Both the position numbers and the translations under genes were made by a program. 64,000 nucleotides of DNA from a virus. The notes beneath the pieces are model-generated. The model was given only the letters and a program-made list of their open reading frames with translations, made no database searches and was not told the DNA's origin. Of this stretch, positions 46,037 through 56,754 are shown piece after piece (position 1 is the first letter of the stretch; each line of letters starts with the position of its first letter). Location: positions 1 through 64,000 of the IMG/VR virus record IMGVR_UViG_3300032092_000005. One strand, written 5' to 3'.

Positions 46037-47308
46037 ATGAAAGCAAAAATTTTAATTACTTCCCTTGAAAATATGCGATTATTTCAAGGGAAATTTCCCA
46101 CCAAGCGTTGGGGTTTTTGCGAGATTGTGCGTAAGATAACTATTGAACCTTGCCCGCACGGACTCTATGAGCACTATGGATACACCATGATTGATGGAAA
46201 AAAAATCCGCGTTACCAGTAGCGATTCGATTTTATTTGAACTTAGTTTATAGACAGAAAGACAGTTATGACACCAAAAAATTTAGAAATATTGATCGACT
46301 ATCTTGCCGATTTATCGTTGAATGCAGATACCTTTGAGATAGCCTTATCTGCTTTGAAACTTCAAACTTTACTGAAAGCCCATTATAATGTTTAACGTTA
46401 TTGCCCAATTCGCCCTTGACTTGTTCCATGCGACTATCATAGCCGCTTTGATGTTTGGTCCTCTGTTCTATTACATGTTGTTTATGATATAATTATGATC
46501 CGAAAAAAGTTAATCACTGGGCATTACATTATCGACTTAACTGGTCCACAAGGTAATGCTTACGTTCTGTTAGGCTATGCACAAGACTTTGGTCGGCAAC
46601 TAAAGCTTGACTATAAAAGCATCCAAGAAGAAATGACTTCTGGTGACTATGAAAATCTTGTCAATGTTTTTGACAAGTACTTTGGCAATTTTGTAATTCT
46701 TGAACGATAAAGGAAATCCTATGTTACTCGCTAAACCCAATGTCAGCAACAACCTAAACTCAAAGCAATTTGAATCGTTTGAGGAATGCGTAGCGTACCT
46801 CACTGAGTATACGCAACCTGATGTGACTATTCACATGGACGAATGGATCATGCTTGGTAAAATCCTCACTGTAAATCCAGACGGCACTACAACTACTCCA
46901 GAGTACTACCCTAAGCGCAAGCGGAATGGTGAAGTGACAATGGTTCGATTTGACATTGAAAGCTTTGTGTGATAAAATACAGTCATGATTTAATTCTTGC
47001 AGTGCGTGAAATGATGGAAAGACATTCGAACGTTTACGAAATTGCAGCAAGAATGAATCTAGATACAAGTGACGTACAATCAATTATAAAAATAATAAAG
47101 AACATTGCAACATGATATGACGGACGAACAAGATTTAGTTTACCGCTTACTAAAACGTGCAGAGATTCGTAGACAAATACCTGGACGTAAAAGCGTAGAA
47201 GAAGGCGCTCCTGATCGAATTGCAGATATCCTTGAAGAGGCTGCTAGAGAGATTGTGAGTTTACGACAAGAAATAATGCGTGAAGAGTTAAAAAAATATG
47301 AGAGTTGA
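46037..47308 (+). CDS. Small hypothetical ORFs (46037-46252, 46495-46710, 46721-46972, 47117-47308)
   Basis: ORF track; IDLTGPQGNA..M.SGDYE.L motif in second. Confidence 0.55.
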
Positions 47309-47789
47309 AACAATTTACTTAGACATGGACGGTGTTCTATGCTCATTCGACGGACGGTATCGTGAGTTGTTTGGCATGGCACCCACGGACGCAAGAGCGA
47401 GAAAAGAATTTCGCCAACATTGGGTAGAGTTTATCACCAAAGCAAACTTTGCAACACTTGACTATCATCCTGGTGCAGAAAAGCTTCTTGCATACGTTGC
47501 ATCTATTGCAGACAAGGTTCACGTTGAAATGCTAACCTCTAGTGGTGGTAAAGACTACTACTCAGAAGTTGCTCAACAAAAAATCCAATGGCTATGTGAG
47601 CATGGTATTCCATACAAGGCTAACGTTGTATCTGGTAGACGGTTTAAAGCCGAATACGCTACTCCTACGGCTGTTATGATTGATGACACTGAGGATGTGA
47701 TTACATCTTTCCGCGCTGCTGGTGGAATTGCTATTCACCACACTGACGCTGATTTGACTATTGAAACACTTAAAGGACTAATGCAATGA
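47298..47789 (+). CDS. HAD-family 5'-nucleotidase-like protein
   Basis: IYLDMDGVL, K..WL, MIDD. Confidence 0.85.
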   Translation: MRVETIYLDMDGVLCSFDGRYRELFGMAPTDARARKEFRQHWVEFITKANFATLDYHPGAEKLLAYVASIADKVHVEMLTSSGGKDYYSEVAQQKIQWLCEHGIPYKANVVSGRRFKAEYATPTAVMIDDTEDVITSFRAAGGIAIHHTDADLTIETLKGLMQ

Positions 47790-48331
47790 CTTATATTACC
47801 GTTGATGTTGATCTTTCGGATTTTGATACACAAGATTTGATCGATGAATTGGAAAGCCGTGGAGAACTTCCGGGGTTTAATGCAGATACTAATGAAATGC
47901 TCAATGAAATTTTTAACTTGCGCAGACTTGGTAAAGACTACGATTCCGTTCTTGATCAGTATCTCTATCAAAAGCTTGGTAGAGTTATTTAAGCCATGGC
48001 TCAACTTCCTCCACATGCATGGCATGATTCATGGGGTGGTGATAATCCGTATGCGGCGAATACGCAGGATCATGCTATCAGTGGAAGGATGTTTCTTGCA
48101 GTCGTTCACTCTTCCTACGATCCTAGGGTAAATGATAAAGATCAAGAAGATAGAGTAAAATATGAGTTGACAGAAAAGCTCCTTCGTGCTATAATAGAAG
48201 CTAAATGTGTAGAATTTACTAGGTCAGTAGACCCAGCTTCAGGCGCATATACATACAGAGCTAGGTGTTTTGTTACACCAGACGCACAAGTAAAAATCTT
48301 ACGAACACACTTACCATCAGGAATAAAATGA
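47786..48331 (+). CDS. Two hypothetical ORFs (47786-47992, 47996-48331)
   Basis: Coupled ORFs. Confidence 0.5.
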
Positions 48332-49233
48332 AAATTGCACTTGCATCTGACGTTCACCTAGAATTCGGTGACCACAATATTACTAACGACACAGGCTGCG
48401 ACACTCTGATTCTCAGCGGAGATATCTGCGTTGCAAAAGACTTGCGCAAAGCTGATCATTTTGGCATTCTTGAGAATGCTAAGTCGGAAAGATTCGTTGC
48501 GTTCTTTGAACGGTGCGCTAATGCATATACAAACGTGATATACATCATGGGAAATCATGAGCATTACCACGGAGACTTTAAGTTTAGCATTAGCCGTATT
48601 CGTGAAGGCTTGAGCCATATCAAGAACCTCCACATCCTCGACAAAGAATGTGTGACTATTGATGACGTTACATTTATCGGCGGTACTCTTTGGACAGATA
48701 TGAACAAAGAAGACGAATCGACTCTTTATTCTATTAAAGGAATGATGAATGATTTTCGCATTGTTGAAAATAGCCACAATGTCGTAAACTTTTCTTCACC
48801 CGTATACGGCACTAATGAAGATGGATCGACAGACTACGAAAAAGTAGTGGGTAAAGAGTTTCATACTCGTCCTGCGCGATTTAATCCTGAAGATGCTGTT
48901 GTAGACCACAAGCTAATGCTAGAGTTTATCAAAGCTACGGTTGATGCTAACCCTACTCAAAAGTTTGTTGTAGTGGGTCACCACTCTCCGTCAAAGACTT
49001 CTACAAAGCCTCGCTATGAGAAAGAAGTTTTGATGAACGGTGGATACAGTTCCGATCTGACAGAGTTTATTACTAATCGTCCTCAGATCAAACTATGGAC
49101 ACACGGACATACGCACCACGCATTCGACTACATGGTAGGAAACACACGGATCGTATGTAATCCTCGAGGCTATGTTGGCTACGAAAGTGCAGACGAAACT
49201 GGATACGACCAAGACCTTGTTTTGGAAGTTTGA
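48328..49233 (+). CDS. Calcineurin-like metallophosphoesterase
   Basis: SDVHLE, GD, GNHE, HH.P, HGHTH, NPRGY. Confidence 0.9.
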   Translation: MKIALASDVHLEFGDHNITNDTGCDTLILSGDICVAKDLRKADHFGILENAKSERFVAFFERCANAYTNVIYIMGNHEHYHGDFKFSISRIREGLSHIKNLHILDKECVTIDDVTFIGGTLWTDMNKEDESTLYSIKGMMNDFRIVENSHNVVNFSSPVYGTNEDGSTDYEKVVGKEFHTRPARFNPEDAVVDHKLMLEFIKATVDANPTQKFVVVGHHSPSKTSTKPRYEKEVLMNGGYSSDLTEFITNRPQIKLWTHGHTHHAFDYMVGNTRIVCNPRGYVGYESADETGYDQDLVLEV

Positions 49234-49237
49234 GGAA

Positions 49238-49660
49238 ATGGAATATGATTACGAATTGCCAGATTATTTTATTGATTTCGTAAAGATTTCTAAAACGGAA
49301 TCTTTACTCGACATTACTAGAAGTGCTGCACGTGGTATTCTTAAACGTCCATACACTACTATTGGTCAATTCTTAAAAGAACTTAATGACGAAGACCTCT
49401 ACACTCTATGCGATATTATAGACGATGAAGAGAATCCTCGCATTTATCAGGACATTTTGCTCCTAACAATCATGCTTGCAGTATCAGAAGGTGTGCCTGC
49501 TAAATCTGCTAAAGAAAGCACTGAAAATCTAAAATACTTTTGTACTATGCTGCATTGTGTTTCGCTTGAACGTAAAGGATATGTCCGTGTGTACTATGAT
49601 AACATGTCCTTTGGTGAAGACAGTGGAGAACGTGTAGTTGTTGAACGACTTATTGATTAA
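49238..49660 (+). CDS. Hypothetical protein
   Basis: GAGG SD. Confidence 0.5.
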   Translation: MEYDYELPDYFIDFVKISKTESLLDITRSAARGILKRPYTTIGQFLKELNDEDLYTLCDIIDDEENPRIYQDILLLTIMLAVSEGVPAKSAKESTENLKYFCTMLHCVSLERKGYVRVYYDNMSFGEDSGERVVVERLID

Positions 49661-49664
49661 AACC

Positions 49665-50243
49665 ATGAACATCTTTTATTTAAATCACGACACTAAACTG
49701 TGTGCGCAAGATCACATAGATAAACACGTTGTTAAAATGATTATTGAGTATGCACAACTCATGTCTACATCACACCGTGTTCTTGATGGTGACAAATTCA
49801 TAGACAAGACTGCAAGCAATCGTAACATTCAACGTTGGCGTATGAAAAACGAAATCATTGAATACGGCTTGATGAAAGCATCACACGTTAATCATCCGTC
49901 AAACATATGGGTTCGTGCAAGCAAACAAAACTACATGTGGCTGTACCAGATGTGGACTCACCTATTGACTGAGTATACACATCGGTACGGCAAAAACCAT
50001 GCGTGTGAGAAATATGCAAAGCACCTTTGTATGCCTCCAGAGAACATTGCTGACATTCCATTTACTGAGCCTACTCCTGCAATGCCTGATGCATATAAAG
50101 TGCCTGGCGATTCAATTTCTTCTTATCGGATGTACTATATACAAGACAAGGCGCGATTTGCGAATTGGAAGAAAAGAAGTGTCCCTCAGTGGTTCTCAAC
50201 AGGAGTTATTAATAATGCCAACATACAACTTTCGTCACCGTGA
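49665..50243 (+). CDS. Pyrimidine-dimer DNA glycosylase-like protein
   Basis: MNIFYL..CA..H.DKHVVKM..EYAQL, H.NHPS..W.R, EY..RYGK.H. Confidence 0.75.
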   Translation: MNIFYLNHDTKLCAQDHIDKHVVKMIIEYAQLMSTSHRVLDGDKFIDKTASNRNIQRWRMKNEIIEYGLMKASHVNHPSNIWVRASKQNYMWLYQMWTHLLTEYTHRYGKNHACEKYAKHLCMPPENIADIPFTEPTPAMPDAYKVPGDSISSYRMYYIQDKARFANWKKRSVPQWFSTGVINNANIQLSSP

Positions 50244-50451
50244 AACTGGTGAAATCATAGAAAGATTATTTAAGATCATTGATAGGGAAGAATTTCTTAC
50301 TGCCAATCCTCAATATGAATCCGTCTTGCTAGGCGCACCTTCAATGGGCGATCCCATTCGATTAGGACTTAGAAAGCCCGATCAGGGCTTTCGTGAAGTC
50401 TTGCAGAAAGCAAAAGCTGCACATCCTTTGGGTAATGTCAATACATTCTAA
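50215..50451 (+). CDS. FmdB-like small protein
   Basis: MPTY.F....TGE; GFREVL.K. Confidence 0.6.
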   Translation: MPTYNFRHRETGEIIERLFKIIDREEFLTANPQYESVLLGAPSMGDPIRLGLRKPDQGFREVLQKAKAAHPLGNVNTF

Positions 50452-50482
50452 GTGTAAATTACAATAACAACAAAGGAATATT

Positions 50483-51286
50483 ATGGCAAGAAAAGCAGCA
50501 GCGGCAAAAACAGTAAATGGTGAATCTGAAAACAATTCATCTTCTGGCAATTCACAACAACCAAAAGTTAGAACTATCAACAACACGCTTAAAATACGCC
50601 TTGACGATCTAAAAACTTTTCAGCCACTCACAGACAATCAAAAAACATTCTTTGACGCATATAAACGAGGTGACTATTTTGTAGCACTTCATGGAGTTGC
50701 TGGTACAGGTAAAACTTTTATTGCACTATATAAAGCTATTGAAGAGGTGCTAGATAAATCCAATCCATTTGATAAGATCATTATCGTTCGGTCTGCTGTA
50801 CAGTCTAGAGAGATTGGACACTTACCAGGTGACGTTACAGAGAAGATGGAAATCTATCAGCAACCGTATCGCCAAATTTGTGAAACGTTGTTTGGACGTA
50901 AAGATGCATGGGATAGATTAGAAGAACAGGGACACATCGAATTCATTTCGACAAGTTTTATTCGTGGTATGTCATTTGATGATGCTATCATTATCGTTGA
51001 TGAAATGCAGAATATGAACTTTGAAGAGATTGATACCGTAATGACGCGAGTAGGATATCGCTCTAAAATTATTTGGTGCGGTGACTATCGCCAGACAGAC
51101 TTACGCAAGAGTAACGATAAGTCTGGTATTCTGAAATTCTTTGATGTTGCTATGCATATGAGGTCGTTCACTAAAGTAGAATTTGATGCAGACGATATCG
51201 TGAGAAGCTCATTAGTGAAAGACTATATAATTGCAAAACTACAGTATGAGGACAAAGTAGAAAATGGACATAACCAAAAGAACTGA
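50483..51286 (+). CDS. phoH: PhoH-like ATPase
   Basis: GVAGTGKT, IGHLPG...EK, RG.SF, DE.QN, TR.G..S.II..GD..Q. Confidence 0.93.
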   Translation: MARKAAAAKTVNGESENNSSSGNSQQPKVRTINNTLKIRLDDLKTFQPLTDNQKTFFDAYKRGDYFVALHGVAGTGKTFIALYKAIEEVLDKSNPFDKIIIVRSAVQSREIGHLPGDVTEKMEIYQQPYRQICETLFGRKDAWDRLEEQGHIEFISTSFIRGMSFDDAIIIVDEMQNMNFEEIDTVMTRVGYRSKIIWCGDYRQTDLRKSNDKSGILKFFDVAMHMRSFTKVEFDADDIVRSSLVKDYIIAKLQYEDKVENGHNQKN

Positions 51287-52067
51287 TGACGCTGATTTAT
51301 TAAAATTTCATGATCTAATAAAAAATTATAAATGGAGAGAGATAGGTCAATCCGTTAAATTACATTATGGCACAGTTAATAAGAATAGAATGCTTTATGG
51401 AATGGGCAGTTCGTCCGTACGATATAAAGATGTTGTCCGTACTCTTACTGAGTTAAATTTTCCATTTGAAAAGTTTCCTCTTCTTGAATCTTATTATTAC
51501 GAATCGCTTGATTTAGGTTTTGCATTAGAAAAGTCATCAAGCGGTGAATTAAACTACAGAGTTTATTTCGAAAAAAACTATAGTAATGTTGAGATGAATA
51601 AAACAATCGATAAAATGATTGAGTCGAATAATGATCATCTATATCCTATCATTAACGGCATTAAATGGAATATAGATTCGCCTGAAAAAGCAGTCGTGAC
51701 GGAATATCAATGTATGGTAAACTACACCGCTGCTGCCCTCATTAGAAGAATGGTTGATAAGGGTGCATATTTGCCGCAATCTATCAGACAAAAATTTCTG
51801 CGTTCTCCTAATGGCGTTTACATCTATAGGAATTATAGACCACTAGAAGCTTATGAGAGTACAACTCGTAGGCATTCTTTTGACATTAGTTTCGAAAAGA
51901 ATTCGTATTCTAATAAAGATTTTTGTAGCTCTGAAATAGATTCAGAGTTTAAAGTTAACTCTAAAGAGGCACTTGCAGAATTTGACGAATACCCTATAGC
52001 TCATGTTGCTACTGGTAAAGATAAAGATGATAGAAGTTTTATAACGGTATATTATTTAATCAATTAG
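51264..52067 (+). CDS. Hypothetical protein
   Basis: Long ORF, no recognised motif. Confidence 0.55.
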   Translation: MDITKRTDDADLLKFHDLIKNYKWREIGQSVKLHYGTVNKNRMLYGMGSSSVRYKDVVRTLTELNFPFEKFPLLESYYYESLDLGFALEKSSSGELNYRVYFEKNYSNVEMNKTIDKMIESNNDHLYPIINGIKWNIDSPEKAVVTEYQCMVNYTAAALIRRMVDKGAYLPQSIRQKFLRSPNGVYIYRNYRPLEAYESTTRRHSFDISFEKNSYSNKDFCSSEIDSEFKVNSKEALAEFDEYPIAHVATGKDKDDRSFITVYYLIN

Positions 52068-52078
52068 ACTACTATGTT

Positions 52079-52753
52079 ATGAAAATATTTGAACACACAA
52101 AAATAGAATTCGAAGAGCTACCTACAGTAACAGAGAACGGCAAACGATTCTACAAAACTCCAGACGGACTCCTGTATCCGTCTGTGACTACTATTACTTC
52201 CCTAATCGGTAAAGACGCTATTCTCGCGTGGCGCAAGCGCGTAGGTGATGCTGAAGCTAACAAGATATCCACTCAAGCATCTAGTAGAGGCACAAGAATG
52301 CATTCCATTTGTGAAGATTATCTATCGAATAAACAATTGATTTCCTTGAGTGTCATGCCAGATGCGTTAGCTATGTTCAAGTCTATTCAACCAATTCTAG
52401 ATGAATGTATTGATGACGTTCATGCTATTGAAGCACCGCTGTATTCACATCACCTCAAAGTTGCTGGTAGAGTTGACTGTGTTGCAAAGTATAACGGCAA
52501 ACTTTCAATCATTGATTGGAAGACTTCCTCTAAGCAAAAGAATGAAGAATGGATTCAAAACTATTTTATCCAGTGTTCCGCTTATGCTGTAATGTTTGAA
52601 GAGCGTACAAAGATTCCTGTGCCGCAATTGGTTGTGATAATTGCAGTTGCAGAAGACAGCCCTCAAGTCTTCATCAAAAAACGAAACGACTATATAAAAG
52701 AATTCATTTCGTATAGAAATTTATATGATCAACAAAATGGTATAAGGGTATAA
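52079..52753 (+). CDS. PD-(D/E)XK exonuclease (T4-like, RecB/Cas4 superfamily)
   Basis: YPSVTT, RGT.MH, E..L, AGRVD, IIDWKTS, Q..AY. Confidence 0.85.
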   Translation: MKIFEHTKIEFEELPTVTENGKRFYKTPDGLLYPSVTTITSLIGKDAILAWRKRVGDAEANKISTQASSRGTRMHSICEDYLSNKQLISLSVMPDALAMFKSIQPILDECIDDVHAIEAPLYSHHLKVAGRVDCVAKYNGKLSIIDWKTSSKQKNEEWIQNYFIQCSAYAVMFEERTKIPVPQLVVIIAVAEDSPQVFIKKRNDYIKEFISYRNLYDQQNGIRV

Positions 52754-52754
52754 A

Positions 52755-53105
52755 ATGTATAATGATGTAGTAAAATTTATTGAAGCGTGTGACCAAGAGA
52801 AGAGTTTTCAGAATCAATACCTCTACACAAATTTAATCAAAGAAGAATTTTTAGAATTTCTTGATGCGAAAACGGCAGATGATGAAGTAGAACAATTAGA
52901 TGCGTGTATGGACCTGATCTGGGTTATTCTAGGTTACTGTTACATGAAGGGCTATGATGTAGCTGGAGCGTGGAATGAAGTTGCACGGAGCAATCTAGAT
53001 AAGATCAATCCTGAAACAGGAAAAGTTATCAAGCGAGATGACGGAAAAGTCCTAAAGCCAGCTGGATGGACACCACCATCACTTGCAAATTTTGTAAAAG
53101 CGTGA
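52755..53105 (+). CDS. MazG/PRA-PH-like NTP pyrophosphohydrolase
   Basis: LIKEE..E, LDA..DL, EV.RSN.DK, DGKVLKP. Confidence 0.8.
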   Translation: MYNDVVKFIEACDQEKSFQNQYLYTNLIKEEFLEFLDAKTADDEVEQLDACMDLIWVILGYCYMKGYDVAGAWNEVARSNLDKINPETGKVIKRDDGKVLKPAGWTPPSLANFVKA

Positions 53106-53113
53106 TATAATAA

Positions 53114-53581
53114 ATGAAGAGTGTGCAAATACAAAAAAAAGATGGTGTTACCTATAGTCATGTTCCAGAAATCGGTGGAACTATTTTGGTTCCTTTGTTT
53201 TACAAACACCTAGCTGAGTTAATGGAAGCAGGGCATTGCACTTTTCAAACTTTTAATCGTGTCACGGATACTAGCCAAGGAATAATTGCAGAAATCGATA
53301 ATAAAATAGTAGGTTTTGGTATATTCGATCATAAAAAAGGAGAAGAAGAACTGTTTGATGTTTTTATTTATGTTGATCCAGACTATAGACAAAGAGGTAT
53401 ATTTGTACAGTTGCAGAATGGTTTGTTAACATATGCAAAGAATAATAAAGTTGATTATATTAATTCATTTATATCAATTAAAAATGAAGTATCTATAAAA
53501 GCTCATAGAAAAATGGGATATGATTTATTTATTTCAGAATACTTGCCAGAATTTTATCAATATATACATTCAACGTACTAA
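53114..53581 (+). CDS. GNAT acetyltransferase, copy 1
   Basis: IVGF, YVDPDYRQRGI, N..S...H.KMGY. Confidence 0.8.
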   Translation: MKSVQIQKKDGVTYSHVPEIGGTILVPLFYKHLAELMEAGHCTFQTFNRVTDTSQGIIAEIDNKIVGFGIFDHKKGEEELFDVFIYVDPDYRQRGIFVQLQNGLLTYAKNNKVDYINSFISIKNEVSIKAHRKMGYDLFISEYLPEFYQYIHSTY

Positions 53582-53591
53582 AGAAACACAA

Positions 53592-54056
53592 ATGAAGAGT
53601 ATGCAAATACAAACGAAAGATGGTGTTACCTATAGTCATGTTCCAGAAATCGGTGGAACTATTTTGGTTCCTTTGTTTTATAAACACATAGCAGAATTGA
53701 TGAAAGCAGGTCATTGTACTCATAAGACTTTCTACTTAGTCACAGATAGTACTCAAGCGATAATTGCAGAAGTTGATGATAAAATAGTGGGGTTTCTGAT
53801 ATTTAATCATGATAAAGAAATGAAAACGATGTATAATGCTCTTGGTCACATTAATATTGACTATAGACGAAGAGGTATATTTGAACTAATAAATAAAAGT
53901 TGGCATACACACGCAAAGATCAATAATACTGATTATGTTCAAGGATACATATCAGTTGAAAATGGAGTGTCTGTAAAAGCCCATAGAAAAATGGGCTATG
54001 ATTTATTCATTTCAAAAGACTTTTCTGGATACTACGAATACATGCGTAAGATATAA
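53592..54056 (+). CDS. GNAT acetyltransferase, copy 2
   Basis: Paralog of copy 1; YRRRGI, N..S...HRKMGY. Confidence 0.8.
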   Translation: MKSMQIQTKDGVTYSHVPEIGGTILVPLFYKHIAELMKAGHCTHKTFYLVTDSTQAIIAEVDDKIVGFLIFNHDKEMKTMYNALGHINIDYRRRGIFELINKSWHTHAKINNTDYVQGYISVENGVSVKAHRKMGYDLFISKDFSGYYEYMRKI

Positions 54057-54099
54057 ATAAAACTATTGACACAGAAGAAGTTCTGTGTTATAATATTGG

Positions 54100-54471
54100 T
54101 TATAGTTGTATGAAGCAAAGAGAAACAGGTTCTGGACGGGGGTGCGAATCCCCCCACCTCCACCAAAAGTAAATATATGATTGATAAACCATTACCACCA
54201 GCAACAAAGTATTGGTGTGACTCATGCGGAACTTTAGAAAGTCCAGATAAACACAAAAATATTTTTTGTAAGTTGTTTAAATGGTTAGATAGTGTTTTCT
54301 TTTGATGGGGGTGCATAGTTTCGACAGGGCAAAGAGTAACAGAGTGGACAACTCACCAGAGTAGGTGTAAAAACTAAATCAAAGTAAACGCAAACGACTC
54401 ACAGTTCGCATTAGCAGCCTAAACGCCGCTTAGGGTTTCGATAGCTTTCCTCGTAACAGAATAAGCTATCA
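54100..54471 (+). ncRNA. ssrA: Circularly permuted two-piece tmRNA, tag ANDSQFALAA
   Basis: T-arm/acceptor + CCA (to 54165) precede GGGGGTG (54307) with G3:U70; tag at 54390-54422; upstream TTGACA-17-TATAAT promoter. Confidence 0.9.
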
Positions 54472-54496
54472 CTTTTATTAACATGGAGATATACAT

Positions 54497-55531
54497 ATGA
54501 AAAAAACTGCGTTGATTACAGGCATTACTGGTCAAGACGGAAGTTATCTAGCTGAATTTTTACTAGAAAAGAATTATGAAGTTCATGGCATTGTTCGCAG
54601 ATCAAGCACTGGCGTAAACACTACCAACATTGATTCGATTAAAGATAAAGTGCATTTGCATTATGGTGATCTAAGTGATGCTGCTAATTTAGAAGCAATT
54701 GTTATGCGAGTAAAGCCAGATGAAATTTACAATCTAGCTGCACAAAGCCATGTTAGCGTTAGCTATGAATGTCCTACATACACAGGTGATGTAAATGCAC
54801 TGGGCGTGTTGAAAATTTTAGAAGCTGCTAAAAAACTTTGCACAGAAAAACGAGTTAAATTTTATCAAGCATCGACAAGCGAACTCTACGGATCAGTTAG
54901 AGAAACTCCGCAAACAGAAAGTACTCCATTCTATCCTAGAAGTCCATATGCAGTTGCAAAATTGTATGCATACTGGATCACTGTAAACTATCGTGAGAGC
55001 TACAACATGTTTGCGTGTAATGGTATTCTATTCAACCATGAAAGTCCACGTAGAGGACCAGAATTTGTTACAAGAAAAATTGTTCAAGGAATGATTAGAA
55101 CGCATCTTGGCATGCAAGACATATTGCAATTAGGCAATTTAAATGCATACAGAGACTGGGGTCATGCTAAAGATTATGTTCGTGCAATGTGGTCAATGCT
55201 TCAACAAGATACGCCAGATGACTATGTTCTTTCAAGTGAAGAGCAACATTCAGTAAAAGACTTCTGTAATGACGTTGCTAAATATCTTGGCTTTGAAATT
55301 GAGTGGCAAGGCACTGCTGAAGATGAAGTTGGCTTTAATAAGACAACAGGTAAAAAGATCATTGAAGTGAATAAGACTTTTTATAGACCTGCAGAAGTAC
55401 ATACACTTTTAGGGGACTGTACTAAAGCAAAGAAAATACTTAATTGGAAGCCAGAGTACACTTTTAAAGATTTAGTTTTTGAAATGTGTGATGTTGAAAT
55501 GAAAAGTTTGATTGGAGATAAAAATGAGTAA
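54497..55531 (+). CDS. gmd: GDP-mannose 4,6-dehydratase
   Basis: [53 protein letters not shown]. Confidence 0.95.
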   Translation: MKKTALITGITGQDGSYLAEFLLEKNYEVHGIVRRSSTGVNTTNIDSIKDKVHLHYGDLSDAANLEAIVMRVKPDEIYNLAAQSHVSVSYECPTYTGDVNALGVLKILEAAKKLCTEKRVKFYQASTSELYGSVRETPQTESTPFYPRSPYAVAKLYAYWITVNYRESYNMFACNGILFNHESPRRGPEFVTRKIVQGMIRTHLGMQDILQLGNLNAYRDWGHAKDYVRAMWSMLQQDTPDDYVLSSEEQHSVKDFCNDVAKYLGFEIEWQGTAEDEVGFNKTTGKKIIEVNKTFYRPAEVHTLLGDCTKAKKILNWKPEYTFKDLVFEMCDVEMKSLIGDKNE

Positions 55532-56753
55532 TCTCGTATTAAAAATGGATGATCACTATGTTAGTGATTTTATTAAGAATGATAGTGACGGCGAAGGTCG
55601 TAAGAAATATAGTCTAGATTTGTATCAAGATAGTAGATTTGGTGCGGTACGTCTAGAAGGTATTGCACCAGCAGAAACTATGTGGGGTCAGTATTGGTAT
55701 AGAAGTGGTATCAATGCAAGCATGACTAAAGAATTGCAAGGCATTGTTGCAGAAGTAACATCAAGAGTTAAGACTAAAGATGGTGATATCTGGCTTGACA
55801 TTGCATGTAATGACGGCACACTATTGAAGAATGTTCCTGATAACATGATCAAACTTGGTATTGATCCATGTGATGATAGCTTCCATGCAGAAAGTTCTAA
55901 AGTAGCAACTAAGGTTGTTCAAGATTATTTCAGCTATGATGCATGGCAGAAAACAGGATTCGGACACACTAAAGCTAAAGTAATTACTTGCATTGCAATG
56001 TTCTATGACTTAGATGATCCAGTTCCATTCGTACAAGATTTACACAAAGTTCTTGATGACAATGGCACATTAGTGCTTCAAATGAGCTACACACCATTAA
56101 TGGTAAAACAACTTGCGTTTGACAATATCTGCCACGAACACGTTTACTACTATGACTTGAAGAGTATCACTAAACTCTTTGCTGAGAATGGATTCGTAGT
56201 TGTTGACTGTAGCATCAACGACACTAACGGTGGCAGCTTTAGAGTGTATCTCCAAAAGAATGTTGCAGAAGTTTCTAGCTTTGCTACAGCACCTTTGCGT
56301 GACGTATGTAACTTCAGAATTAATAGCATTCTCGCATATGAAAGAATGGAGAACGATATCTCTGATCCAGAAACATGGAATCTTTTCGGACGAAGACTCG
56401 CCAAACTAAAAACTAATGTTGTAACATTCATTGAACAGGCTATCAAAGATGGCAAGACTGTTTATGGTTATGGCGCAAGTACAAAGGGCAACACATTGCT
56501 TCAATACTTTGGATTAGATCACAGGCATATTACTGCTATTGCAGAACGTAGCCCATACAAATTCGGCATGAAGACTATCGGCACAAACATTCCAATTATC
56601 AGTGAAGAAGAAATGCGCCTTGCAAAACCAGACTACATGTTAGTATTGCCTTGGCACTTCATCGATGAATTCGAGAAGCGTGAACAAGAGTACTTAAAAG
56701 GCGGCGGCACATTCATTGTTCCTTGCCCAGCATTTAAATTGATCACGGGCTAA
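55524..56753 (+). CDS. NDP-sugar C-methyltransferase
   Basis: Y.YRS, DI.CNDGTLL, FD.I.HEH, YGA..KGNTLL, LPWHF. Confidence 0.85.
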   Translation: MSNLVLKMDDHYVSDFIKNDSDGEGRKKYSLDLYQDSRFGAVRLEGIAPAETMWGQYWYRSGINASMTKELQGIVAEVTSRVKTKDGDIWLDIACNDGTLLKNVPDNMIKLGIDPCDDSFHAESSKVATKVVQDYFSYDAWQKTGFGHTKAKVITCIAMFYDLDDPVPFVQDLHKVLDDNGTLVLQMSYTPLMVKQLAFDNICHEHVYYYDLKSITKLFAENGFVVVDCSINDTNGGSFRVYLQKNVAEVSSFATAPLRDVCNFRINSILAYERMENDISDPETWNLFGRRLAKLKTNVVTFIEQAIKDGKTVYGYGASTKGNTLLQYFGLDHRHITAIAERSPYKFGMKTIGTNIPIISEEEMRLAKPDYMLVLPWHFIDEFEKREQEYLKGGGTFIVPCPAFKLITG

Positions 56754-56754
56754 T

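Noticed and set aside
52079-52753. Cas4-like nuclease as evidence of CRISPR
   Set aside because: Ordinary T4-like PD-(D/E)XK exonuclease near phoH; no array and no Fe-S cysteine pattern seen
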